Shown here: piece after piece, positions 37,081 to 49,589 of the stretch
How the letters are laid out: each line of letters begins with the position of its first letter
How positions within the stretch are numbered: the stretch's first letter is position 1
NCBI RefSeq assembly: GCF_036321535.1
Contig: NC_087437.1
Location: 100,194,001 to 100,258,000 of the forward strand
Source of the DNA: Camelus dromedarius
Lineage: Eukaryota
Length of the DNA: 64,000 nucleotides
Direction: 5' to 3'
Translations under genes and position numbers: made by a program
The notes under the pieces: model-generated
Databases searched by the model: none
What the model was told of the DNA's origin: nothing
Seen by the model: the letters and a program-made list of their open reading frames with translations, nothing else

Positions 37081-38312
37081 CATCAGTTATCTGAGAATCG
37101 AAGAAGAACCCAGCCATCTCTTTCCATGAGTTTGAGACTAAGTAAATGAATGTGAATGGTGATGGTGCCATAGTCCTGGGAGGAACCATCAGTAACATTT
37201 TTCTCTATACTAAGCCATTCATTAAATAAATACATTTTCATTAAGCCTGACTGAGGGAGAAGGTTAGTAGCAGACCTATCTTAGATATTTGTAAGCATTC
37301 AGAAAGCACACACGAGTCTCTGTGAACCATTCCAACTCTGCTAAATATAAGATGACATTGGTCTGGATGCATCCATAGGCAAGCCAAGAAATCTGAAATG
37401 ATGAAGCAGCAGAATTCTGAGCCACAAGTTGAGCAGCTGCATAAATTTCCAAAAGTGAAGAGTTACTTAAATGCACCATTATAATTTTATCAAAAGCAGG
37501 CTACAGGATTTCAGAGGAAAATGAGGTTATACAACTTTAAAAACATATATATTTCATGTTTGATTTTTAATGAACCAATTATTTCCATGGTTATAGGAAG
37601 CTTCCTATCTTTTGATATAAAATACCTTAAACACAAAACATCAAAAACTGAACTCATCTTCTTTTCTGGAAATTACCCTCCAGTATATACTCAGTTTTAG
37701 GTGTTGGTGCCATCACCCCCATAGTCACTCAAACCAGAATTTCACTTTTGTTGTAGACCTAAGAACCAAATCTTCTCTTCCATCTCTTTTTATAGAACAG
37801 TATTCTGAGATTCCCAGATAGTATTTTTAAACTGTCACCATTTGCAACTACTTATCTCCATGAATTAAAATTATCTTGCCACTGTACAATAAACAAAACG
37901 CAGACATAAAAGAATTGCAAAGCTGGGGCTAATATAAGACATAACTGTCATCCATAATCTCTTTATCAATGTTGTATTCAAACAAATGTCACTATTTTCA
38001 TGGTTTTAATTTATAAAATAATGCATACTAATTAAACTTCCTTTCAATCTAATTTTATATTGGTGTACCATACAAGATTTAGTTTTGAAAAACATTCTGC
38101 TGCTAAAATCACTTGAAAAAAAATTATTGATCTGCAGAATAGAAAACAAGGTCCTTGACAAGAGACAACAGCACCACCCCATCACCTCTTTAGCCCCGTC
38201 TCTTGCTATTCAGTCACAGGTAGAACCCTGAAAACCTATCCTATTTCTCATCCGTCTCCCCTTCTGCCACAAGGTTCTTGCTCTTTCACTTCATGGTTTT
38301 AAAAAAAAAAAA

Positions 38313-38467
38313 GAGTACCATTCCGTTGGCTGATGTTGATAACAGGAGAGGCTATGCATGTGTGGGGACAGGGAGTATACGGGAACCCTCTGTACTTTCC
38401 CCTCAATTTTGCTGTAAACCTAAAACTGCTCTAAAATAACACTGTCTTAAAAAAAAAAAAAAAAAAA
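38313..38467 (+). mobile_element. L1MC1-like extreme 3' end with poly(A)
   Basis: GATGTTGATAACAGGAGAGGCTATGCATGTGTGGGG...CTCAATTTTGCTGTAAACCTAAAACTGCTCTAAAA; same family as 31740-31860. Confidence 0.85.
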
Positions 38468-38910
38468 GGAAGGAAGGAAGCATGATGGGAGGGAGGACAG
38501 GAGGGAAGAGGAAGAAGACAAGTGCATAGTAAGGGGCTTATAAATAAGTGTTGCTGTTATGGTATATTTGAAGGAAATATTGGCAAGCCCTTTCCTCAAA
38601 ATTCTCTCTAGTATCTTGTTTTCAGCTAACTGGAAATTCCCACTATCAGAAGTTCATTTTTCAATTAAGAATTTAGGACTCAAAGTAACCAACCACTTAA
38701 CCTTAAATGTTTCTCTGCATCTAAAATACGACAATATGTCCTTAAAGCTTCAGACTAGCTTAACTGAAGGGAGAGAAGGCCTGGGAAAAAAAGCAGAGAA
38801 AAGCAGAGAATGAGCCCCATTCCATGCCAGTTTCCCAGGGAGGGGATGAAATGGCACAAATTCATGCACAAGAATTCAGTGCCCACTTATGACTAGCCTT
38901 TTAACACTGC

Positions 38911-38911
<1 letters not shown>

Positions 38912-38964
<53 letters not shown>
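38912..38964. repeat. (TG)~26 microsatellite
   Basis: Perfect dinucleotide run. Confidence 0.97.
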
Positions 38965-38965
<1 letters not shown>

Positions 38966-41899
38966 CAGCCACTCTATGAGATGGGAGGGTGGCAAACATT
39001 ACTTCATTTGGAGAAACTGAGCTCCTCAAAGATCAGATAGAGACAAAGCTGGCATCAGCCAGGCAAACTTTTCAGTAGCTTCTCTCTCCCAGACCAGTGC
39101 CCCTGAGCAAGGGAGAGAGATGGTGTTGCCACCCTAATGATAATGTGCTGATTCTGTTTGTTTGACTAAGGCAACACCAGATTCACAGACTATAATTACA
39201 GCTGAAATCCATGTCTCTGACACAGCTGAGGGAATGTCTGTTTCACCGAACTGAGCGCCCAGGAAGGTTAACCAGGCAGCCTCCTGTTCTCTGAAAGTGA
39301 TAGCGCCGTCTCAGTGTCACACTGGATACCCCACCTGAGCAGTGGGATTTCCTACAGCTGGGGGCTCAGACGGTTTACTCTGATTTCTCAGGGCGACAAG
39401 GCAGTTTGCTCATCTTTAAATGGTGTTATGGGTGGCCACACTATTGTAAACCCTTAGTACATTCTTCTGTGTCTGGTGGGGAGAGCTCTGCCTTTTTATT
39501 GTTACACAATTGTACTCAGGACTTCTTCCAGAGAATATTTCCCCCCCAACAGTTCTCCCTCTGTTCATCCACTTTCATGCTTTGTGGAAATAACAAAGTC
39601 TATCATTAATGGCCCTTGCTTCCTCGGTTGACATTGGGTTTTATTTTTAATTCCTTGAGATTTAGACATGGAAATCAATCAGGTCGCTCTGTCACTGTGG
39701 TTTTCTAGGATCTGGAAATGTCCTCACGTTTTGCCAGAATCCTTTCTACACTTTCTGCTCTTTTTCTCTGTCTGGTCCTTTCTCTAGTCACTCTTGTCAG
39801 CTTTTAAATCATCAAGCAAACTGTAGACTAAATCTGACTAAAATTTCAAGAAATAAATCAAGGTGAGATAAGTAAGCTGAAGGTAAAGCTGGGAGTAAGG
39901 AGAAAAGGTTCTGGTTCATTTTCCCTCAAACCGCCCCAGCCTTTCCTTAAGAACAGAGTCCCTGGTTTGTGGGCTCTCTAATGAGTAGTGGCCGGGAGGC
40001 AGCCTCACGTTTGAGGCATGCTATTACCAAGTTGGTTTTTTTTGTTGTTTTTTTTTTCTTATTCCTTCTCCTTAATTGGGGGCTTTAAATGGAAGTTGCT
40101 CGCAGTGTCTGACAAACAGCATTAGCTTCATCAGAATGAAATGCCTGGTCCCGGAGGTCTTTCCTGAAGACTTGACTGCTTTGTTGAGGGGCTGCATGGA
40201 GTCTGTGACATCTTCTACCTTTGTGGAAGGCAGGAAGAACACCTCGACCGAGGATTAGTCGTGGAGATTATGAAAGCTCTAATCCTGAAGGCTTCATTGT
40301 CTAGAACTGAGTTTAGTATTCCTGAATAAGAAGGCAGAGTGACAGACCAGATCAGTTTTCACTGAGTTTCGCAGTTTCACTGAGACCCATAATAAGAAAT
40401 ACATTTTACTGATACCAAACACAAGCTCACATGCGCACTAGGACACGTGCACACAACAATAATTTCATAAAACAGTGTTTATCCTTAGTACCTGTAAATC
40501 CTTCTACTTGCCATTCAATTTTATTTCAGTTTTTAAATGCAAATCTTCACCCACTGAATTGATTTCGCACACTAAGCAGACACAACCTACGGCTTGCAAA
40601 ACACTCCACAGGACGCCCTTTTATTTATTTTTTTCTAACCCTGTAATTCAATATAGAGAGATTTTGAATTGAGGACAAGCCTGATGAGTTGGAGGTATGG
40701 AATAAAGGAATCCGATCAGCTCTGGGTTTGTTGTGTTTTTAAATCTCTCTGTGTGTTCATTCTCTTCACCCCAGAGAGGATTCCATTATCTTTGCTCAAA
40801 TTGCAGACACTGCTCTGGCTGTTTCCCCTGCTTCTCTTTGATCCCGACAGCCGAGCCCGGCCCTTCCCCCAGGCCTCCCTTCTGTGCTGGTGGAGGCTGT
40901 TCAGACTCTGGGGGTTTGCTGGGCAGGGAGCCTGCTGTGTGCTCACTGTGTTGTTTGGCCATGCCCCACCTCCAACCTGCTCCATTCCCCTGCTGAGCTT
41001 TCATTCCTGCTCTGCCAGGTTAATGGGATTATTGTTCTTCTTTTATTGTCCTTCTCTTTCATACAGGGTTTGTCAGTTTGTTCCTGAGACAATTTTTAGT
41101 TTGTTGCTGAGATGACAAAAGTGGGTGGGGGTTGTATTTTAGGAATAAATATTTCTTCATCAGCCAGGATTCATTCTGGAAAGAATTTATCCACTCTCAA
41201 ATGATGTACTTCTAGAGGTGATTTTAAAATAAGTTGTTTTTTTGACAGATAAAAGACAATTCGATGTATCTTAAGCCTTATTTTTTAAAATGCATATATC
41301 ATCAACATCAAATTAATTATACAGCATGTTAGGTTCAAATTGTCATTTTGGTCAGAAAGATACACTAATAGACTCGTGATATTATTTATCTTACCCATAA
41401 TATTCAACAAGACTGGCTGTTGCACCTGTTAGATACAAAGCAAGACATGTAAACACATTCACCGACTTCAGGGGATCTACACCTTCAGAAGGGAGATATG
41501 AAATGCAGGTAAATACCCTTTTATAAAATAAGATTTAATAAGTGACTCAGACACACGACACTATAAAGCCCAATCACAGTATCTCTCCCTTTACAGAATT
41601 CGTGAGTGAATTTTCAACATATGAGCTTGTCAAATTTCTCTATTTTAATTGAATGCAAGATTGAATGAATGAATGAATGAATGAATACTGGATGCCTACT
41701 TTGTGCCATGTGCCCTAGGGGATGGAATGACTTTCCCATTGAGCCTTCTTTGATTTCTTCTCGATTGAACTGGCTGCCCAAGAACTGGACCGAGTAGGAA
41801 AGAGAGCCCCACATAGCACGCATAGGGACTGGGAAGTGCAAAAGGCATGTGAATAAGGCCATCAGGACCCAGGTCTTTCCTCCCTCCTCTGACTGTCTG

Positions 41900-42184
41900 G
41901 AGCAGTTTCAGCCAAGAGAAATACGAAGCGTCCCATACATGGAATTCTACATTTTATAGTAGCTGCATTTTAGGAAGTCAAAAGAAATAGATAAAACTTC
42001 CTTAAACAATATATTTTACTTAACCCAATACACCTAAAATACTATCATTACAACATGTAATCAATGTAAAAGGTATTAACAAGATATTTTCCCTTTTTCT
42101 GGACAGTTGTGACCAGCCACATTTTGAGAGTTCAATAACCTCAAGTCACTAGTGGCTCCTGTGTTGGGATGACACAGGTCTAGA
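41900..42184. mobile_element. MER3/MER33-like hAT MITE
   Basis: ATATATTTTACTTAACCCAATA..CTAAAATACTATCATTACAACATGTAATCAAT; AGCCACATTTT..GTTCAATAACC..CTAGTGGCTCCTGT. Confidence 0.75.
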
Positions 42185-42489
42185 CAAAGTAGCGGAACTG
42201 GAGAAAAGGCTAGATAGTCAATAAGTTTCTCTAACATTTAGAGGAAAGGACTCTGACTTCATGGAGAGGGAAAAGGCTGAAAATGATTTATTTGTGCAAA
42301 TTAATAAAGAAATGGAAGTTGCTACCTCAGGATGCACTCTTTTCTTCCAGCCTCTCAGGCCTGGGATGATGAGAAAGAACTGGTGTGGGGCCTCCCTACA
42401 TCTCCAATGCCCTAGCACCAACATCTGCTCCAAGGAAAACAAAGATGATCCCTTCAGACCTCACACACACACAGTATCATGCCTTGAAG

Positions 42490-42690
42490 TTGATAAATGC
42501 TTTCACAAATAATTTCTCATGTAATCATTTTAATCATATAGTACAGTAGTCACTGGAAGTATGGTTATTGTCATTTTATAAGTGAATGAACTGGAGCTCA
42601 GGAAGATTAAATGATTTGCCCAAAGTAGGACAGTTACTATCCAAGTATTTTGAAGCTTTATCTAGTATGTGTCCTGCTAAATCAGAACTG
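42490..42690 (-). mobile_element. MIR SINE
   Basis: CATTTTATAAGTGAATGAACTGGAGCTCAGGAAGATTAAATGATTTGCCCAAAG. Confidence 0.65.
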
Positions 42691-42852
42691 CCTGGTGAAA
42701 GGAAGTAAAGAAAACATTTACTGAAGTATGGATTTTTTGCTTCTTTGGCAACACCCCAAGTCTTTCCCCCTGCTGGAAAAAAAAAAAAAAAACCCAAACT
42801 GATGATCATTTTACAAAAGTAATATACAAGTAACTTCCTGGCCAATTGAGCA

Positions 42853-43002
42853 TTTTTTGTTTTTTGGGGTTTGGGGGGGCAGTAATTAGGTTTATTTACT
42901 CATTCATTTGTTTTTTTTAATGGACGTACTGGGGCTTGAACCCAAGACCTCATGCATAGTAAGTATGCACTCTACCTCTGAGCTATACCTACCCCCTACC
43001 CC
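42853..43002 (-). mobile_element. tRNA-derived SINE (Vic-1-like)
   Basis: GTAATTAGGTTTATTTA...GTACTGGGGCTTGAACCCAAGACCTC...CTGAGCTATACC; degenerate TSD CCTGGCCAATTGAGC / CCTTGCCCATTGACC. Confidence 0.9.
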
Positions 43003-45106
43003 CCTTGCCCATTGACCTTTTAACTAGGTTTCTTTTTGTTTTCTTAAGTTAGATATTGTTTTCTAGTTTAGTGATTTAGAACATCTCACTATGGAGAGCA
43101 AGTTAATACATTACAAAGGCAAAGTTTTTGCGTTGGCCCTGAAATGTGTTGCAATCACTTTTCATCTGGGAAAACAAACAGAAGTGAACCAGCAGCATGT
43201 CTGCTATATGAGATGCTGGCCGTGTCCCAGCCCCTAGGAGCTGGCTTACCTACCAACAATACCTCCCTTTCAGGCAATGCCAGCTGTTTTATGAGAAGAT
43301 CACCGTCCTCAGGAGTGAGCTGCTCCAGTCAGCAGGATCTAACTTTACCACTGCTGTGGAGGGAATTACAGCTCTACTGACTTTCAATGCATCCTTCCTC
43401 TGACCCTGTGTGAAGAAGACTGGCACGGGCCTTAAAGGCAGAGAGCCCATGCCTTGAAAAGCAGAATTCTGTCCTTTGGGGAAAGGTCCTCAGAATAAAC
43501 GATACTCAATATGTTTATCACTCTTTTTAAAAATATAATGTGCTCAAGAGCCACATTTGCATCAGTCTGTTTTAACTGCTCATGGCTTTCTGTGCTCTGC
43601 CCAACTGTGTTCCTATTTTTATCCTTTTCATTCCATTCTGGAGCCATTTTGCATCCCTGGTTAGGCCACCAAGTGTACCCATTCAAAATAAGTGATTTTG
43701 TTTTCCCTCTTTCATTTTACATCTGTTTTCTTAGTTCCTGGTGACTTCTCTCAGTTAACCTTTGACAAATCATATTGAAATAAGCTCAGCTAGTTGTAGA
43801 CAGCAAGCGTCATTAGGAAAACTAGGATGGCCTGGGAGCATCTTATAAATAATGTGGACAAAATAGCTTGCTTCCAGCTGGGAGGCACCATGTACAGCTC
43901 ATCTTACTCCAGAAAATCCTCTGGAGTTTCCTTACAGCTGCCACAGTGATGCCAAGTAATGTGACTTGCTGATTGAAGTGCTGAGTGGCGAATCCTCTGC
44001 CCTACTTATATGCCACGTCCTGTGATTTCCCTAGTGGTAGGCAGATGCTGGAAACACAAAAGGAAGACACTATGGCCCACTAACTCTCTTCCATTGTCTA
44101 GCTTATCACCCAGTTCTATCCTTTCCTTCCTCTCTAGGAAGTGTGGCATACATAAATAAGCAATATAAAACTTGCAGAAAAAAATTAAAATGTTCAGACG
44201 CTTTTGAATAACAACCATTTTTCTCACTGAGAGTAAAAGGCACAAATTAAGGAATTTATCATGCTCCATCCAGTCTCCCCAATACCTCCCTCTCTAGAAA
44301 TCCTACTCAACCTAGTAACCAGTCACTATGGCAAATTACTTGATCTGCTGGGCCAACTCAAGTAGTTCATTAACCAGATTCTTTAGACTTTTTTTTATAA
44401 TAAGTTTTTAGCCCAATCATTTACTAGCAAATCAGGGAAGTGGGTGAGGTTCATGAGCAAGTTAGGGTTAATGTCACTAAAAACAGTCTGATTCAAAGGA
44501 AAACAAAGAGAGCAAACACACCTTCATTCCATCATCATCTGCACAAGTTTGCACACATAAGAGAACGGACACTTACGGCAAGTCATGTTCTTTTATAGCA
44601 TAAATTCTACTGTACATACACTAAAAGTACCTCGAAGGACCCAGACGCCGCTAAGATATTTCACTGGTGAGATTCCGTCCTCTCTCTGTAGCTTACATTT
44701 AAGTTTTGAGTGATTTTTCTGTCCAGGCTACCCCCTAATCTCTTTGTTGGTAAAAAGATATGTTAACACTTAAGACATTCAATTATGTGGCTGGAGAACT
44801 GGCCTATCTGACCCAAGTGCTCTTTCTCAGTCCCCATATGCCCAGCAGCATTTATTCTGTCTTTCAATAGGCTCATTGAGGGATACCTTAAATGGTATCT
44901 TACTTGGGTTTAAACTTAAGAGTACCTGCAAACACTGATTTGATTTAGTTTATAAAATACATAGGAAAATAGAAAGAAAAATCATCTGACTGTCCATGTA
45001 GTCTGTGTACAGGCTTGGTTTCAAGTCTTCTGTCTAAAAGTGTATACACACACATTCCCAGGAGCTCTCAGCCAGCGCCTGTTTATTTTTATTGTTCCAC
45101 TTCTAA

Positions 45107-45153
45107 TACACACACACACACACACACACACATACACATGCACACACTCACAC
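45107..45153. repeat. (CA)n microsatellite, imperfect
   Basis: Directly visible. Confidence 0.9.
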
Positions 45154-45479
45154 TGAGAAAGCTTCTGGCTCAGGAGAATTGCTTAGGGTGTTGGAACAGG
45201 TGCCAAAATAGTAATGTTCTTAACTGTAAACACCACTGGGCTGCTGAGAAGACAATGACCCCCTCTCTTTCCAGCTCTTTCATGCCAAAAAATACTAGGA
45301 AAGATGTAGTTCCCTGAGGGAGAGGAGAGGAGCTGTTGCTTCACTTTAAAAGAACATGGTTTAAAGTTACAAAGTAGAATGACATAAGAATGTAAAAGAA
45401 ATATTTTTCAGGGAATAGAAAAATACAAAGAGATCTGATGGGGGCATAAATTTTTCTTTATCACCATCATCATAGAAAT

Positions 45480-46340
45480 TAATCATGTTTGTTTCATTAA
45501 AAAACAGAAAACATAGAGAAGTAAAGACATTATTAAGTCATTAAGGGAGATTAACAATTCGACCCAAATATCTAAACATGTGGGCTATGCATGTGCATAT
45601 TTGCAGACACATACATACACATAGATTTTGTTACAGACAAGCAAAGAAATGTTTCTTAGACAAATGATATCATAAATTATATTTTGTTATATACATTACC
45701 TTTTTTACTTAACAACATATCATAGAAAAATCTTGCCGTATCAGTAAATAAACATCTACCACACCATTGTCAATGGGTGCAAAGTATTCCTTTCTGTTTG
45801 TTCCGTAAGTCATTTAACAAATACCTTATGGTTGATTGTTTAAATTCTTTCCAACTTTAATAATTATAAACAATTCTACAATAAACATCCTTTTGCATAA
45901 ATTTTTGTGCATGTGTCTGATTATGTTTTAAATTCTCAGAATTGTGATTGATGGGTCAAGGATATTTATTTATTTATTTATTCATTCATTCATTCATTTA
46001 AAGTTTTTAAATAAATAAAACTCTAAATTGCCCTGTAGAAGAATAGTGCCAATTCATACCCAACATCAATGTATGACATTTCTTTTTCTCATAATGTTGT
46101 TATCATCTGAAGATTATTTTCATATAGATGAAAAATAAATAGGTGTTTTCAACCTGACAGGTGATAACTTATAGGTGATAACTTTCTCTGGATGTGCTTT
46201 ACTTTATAGTAAAGTTACATGATTTCTTATGCTTATTGACCATTGTATCTTTTATTTTTTGAACTGCCTTTGCCCTTTTATTTTTATTTGTCTCTTCCTA
46301 AATTCTTATTACACAAGTTGTTAGAACTTTGTCAAAAAAA
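45480..46340 (-). mobile_element. Ancient L1ME-like 3' region
   Basis: CTTTTTTACTTAACAACATATCAT; TTATAAACAATTCTACAATAAACATCC; TGATGGGTCAAGG; AAATTGCCCT. Confidence 0.65.
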
Positions 46341-46346
46341 AATTTC

Positions 46347-46752
46347 AGCCAGAAAGAGAAAGAAAAATACCATATGATATCACTTACATGTGGAATCTAA
46401 AAAAAAAAAAAAAAAAAGACAAACTTATTTACAAAACAGAAACAGACTCACAGACATAGAAAACAAACTTGTGGTTACCAGTGGGGGAAGAGGGTGGGAA
46501 AGGATAAATTGGGGGTTTGAGATTTGCAGATTCTAATATATATAAAATAGATAATCAAGTTTATACTGAATAGCACAGGGAACTATATTCAATATCTTGC
46601 AGTAACATAAAAAAGAATATAAAAACAAATATATGTATGTTCATGTATGACTGAAGCATTATGGTGTACACCAGAAATTGACACAATATTGTAAACTGAC
46701 TATAGTTCAGTAAAAATATATACCTAAAAAAGAATCTCTAAACATAAAAAAA
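46347..46752 (+). mobile_element. Camelid-type L1 3' end
   Basis: AGCCAGAAAGAGAAAGAAAAATACCATATGATATCACTTACATGTGGAATCT...GTACACCAGAAATTGACAC. Confidence 0.9.
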
Positions 46753-47269
46753 TACATCGCAAACATTTTTCCGAGATAACCTAGATTTCAAATGTCTCCT
46801 GATTTTAGAAGTTGGTGGGGGAGATGGGGAGAACAACATGGTGTCCACATAGCTGCCTTTATGTTTGTTCCATGCCTCTGACTACTAGGATACATGAACT
46901 CAGCATGTCTCTGATGCTCTTAAAAAACCTTCGAGTGCAAAACCTAGTGAACATGAACACAGTAACTGACGTTTTCACAGAGAAGGTGGAGAACAGGTTT
47001 TGCAAAACACACCCTACAGAAAAATCCCCAGTAGACAGGTCTGTTCTTATTACCAGCTATACCTGGGGCTGAAATAGGGACTGGCTTACAAACAATTCAC
47101 TTTTTCTCCTCATCTTGCTTCCTCAAACTTGTCTAGATATTCAGCCAAACAAAAGGCCCTCAAGTTACCAAAAACTGCTCTCCTTAGAAGATAACTGGAA
47201 AATCATCTTACTGATTTTAAACATGCCCTTGATATCTTGCCCAACTCCAGAAGTTAATCACAGCATTTC

Positions 47270-48200
47270 TTCTCATCTTTTTCTGTTAAATCTCTCAAGA
47301 AGGTTAACATTTCTTCACCAAATTTCTGCCCATTTCTTGTCAAATTTATTTCTAAGTATTTTTTCTTCTTTGGTTGCTCTAGCAAGTGGTAATTCTGCTC
47401 CACTATATTATCTAGCCAATCTTTTTTACAGATAGGAAAACTATTGATTTGGATACATTTTTGTGTGTATGAAATCAACCACCAACCTGATTTATCTCAT
47501 TGTTTCCAATAATATTTTTTTACTTCTATGTTCTTCTTAATATATTATCATCTGCCAATGATAATAATTCTGTCTCCTTTCAGATATTCATACCTCTTCT
47601 TACTTTCTCATGTCTAATTACATTGGTCAGTACTTCTAAGCTAGGAGTACTGGTAATGATGATAGGGTTCTTTGTCTTTCCTTAAAAAAACTTCTAAATC
47701 TTTCGTTAAAATGATGCTGGCTTTGGTATATTTTATACACATACACAATTTTAATGTCAAAGAAGTTTTACATCTTTTCCTATTACACTGGATTTGGGTT
47801 TCTTATTGGTATATTTGTTTTCTTTTTCTTTTATTTTTTTAATTAGGAAAGAATGCTGGACTTGTCAAGATGTTTTAGATACCAGTCCACTGATCTACAT
47901 TAAATTTGAATTATCATTTTTTAAACACTTAAATATGTTTATGGACTGTTAATTCTATTGCACTGATCTATAAGTCATTTCTAATACTAGTACTATATAA
48001 GTTTATTTATAGAGCATTTGACACATTACAACAGCCAGTGATACAAACTTCTATTTCTCTTAACTTTTAAAATTTTCTTGGCTAATATGGGTCAATATCC
48101 TAATTGTTATTTATATTACTATCATGTAAGTAGTCAAACTTAATAAAATAGAAATAATACAAAATAATTTTGGGTACTTTGATTTAAAATTTAAAAATAA
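47270..48200 (-). mobile_element. Ancient L1M ORF2 fragments
   Basis: Minus ORF contains KYLEINLT (L1 KYLGINLT); also ATCATCTGCCAAT and CTAATTACATTGGTCAGTACTTC motifs. Confidence 0.6.
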
Positions 48201-49429
48201 ATCAAGTAGCATAAATTTAGGGGAGGCGGAAATCGATATAAGTTTAATGAGTGATGATGGAACATTTCACAGAGGATTTATTTTTTTCCCAACTAAAGAA
48301 GAGGATAGGAGAAGTGGGGGATAAATTATAGAATGATGGTGAAGGCATTTTGGTTAAGGGTTCTTTAGTTTAGGCTGAAATATATAGGTGTAGGAAAGCA
48401 CACTTATTCGACTCATAAGAAGGATTTCAGTGAAGAAAAACAATTTATTATTTATCCAAATAGTTACCAGAACAGGAATTAAGGAATTACAATTTAAGGT
48501 AAGGAGATTAACTCCAGTACAGTAATTATATTAGGTCAAAGAATGAATAAAAATTTTTAAAATCTAACAGAGTAAATGAAAGTTTAACCAGACTAGGGAT
48601 TTGCTATTAGCAGGTTTGAATTATTTTCTTAAAGCGTGTATTACTGTTATAGTTTATTTAGATCTAACAATGTACATTTCTGAAAACATCTAATTAACGT
48701 CATAGTGGTAGAGAGAGGCTGAATGACTACAAAAGGCTCTAGGGAAGTGAGGTGAGATAATTACACAGATAAAGTTCAAATAAGATCTTCACAATATGCT
48801 CCCCCAAGATTTCTCTATCCTTATCATGCCAACTGCTCACATTGCACGCAACTCCTTGCACTTGTCAGAGGACATCACATCTTCCCTGATACCACCCCCC
48901 CACACACACACAATGTCTGCCTCCTTTTCCTCTAGATACTTGCACTCACAGTTGCAGACACAGGATTACAGGGAAGTCTCTGTGCCCCAGGCTGAGACAG
49001 GTGGCCCTTCTCTAGGCTCCCAATGCAGCTCACGCATACCTCTGTGAATCCCTGCTTTTCTTGACTATCTCCCTCAGTAAAGATACCACAGAAGGCTTTT
49101 TAATTGTACATTTAGCATTCAGCATGTAAGGGATATGTTTTAAATCATGGAGATAGAAATGAACCCTTTTAAGAAGGTCTTAAAAGATTTGAGACACAAA
49201 CTCTTCTCTCTACTATGCTTATTTTTCTCAGCAAGAAGGCAGGTACCCAGTGTGGTTAAAATGTCCCATAATGACTATATAGCTCACATTTGTAACTGTT
49301 AATTAACCAAATCAAGTAAGCCCTCCTCCTTTACTGTCTAAAGATTAGGTCAGAAAAGAAGTCCAAGTCAGCAAGTGTAAGAATAAGGGAATCACAAAGT
49401 TGGAAAGGCCCATGAAAATCATTCATCCA

Positions 49430-49589
49430 CTGGCTTCTAGCCCTAGTTGACCCTTTTAATATAATACCAATTGTGCAGGTCTTACCTCAGAGAAATTTGA
49501 CTTAGCTTGTCTGGTGTGGCCAAGTAGCAGTATTTTTTTAAATTCCCCAGATGCTTCTAATTTGCAACCAGAATTGAGAACAACTGCTA
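49430..49589. mobile_element. MER5-like MITE
   Basis: TATTTTTTTAAATTCCCCAGATGCTTCTAATTTGCAACCAGAATTGAGAACAACTG. Confidence 0.65.

Noticed and set aside
40352..40384. ISRE-like AGTTTC repeats
   Set aside because: Spacing between TTTC half-sites does not fit AGTTTCNNTTTC.
40669..41115. Cluster of five overlapping ORFs on both strands
   Set aside because: Explained by locally higher GC (fewer stops); Cys/Leu-rich low-information peptides with no recognised homology.
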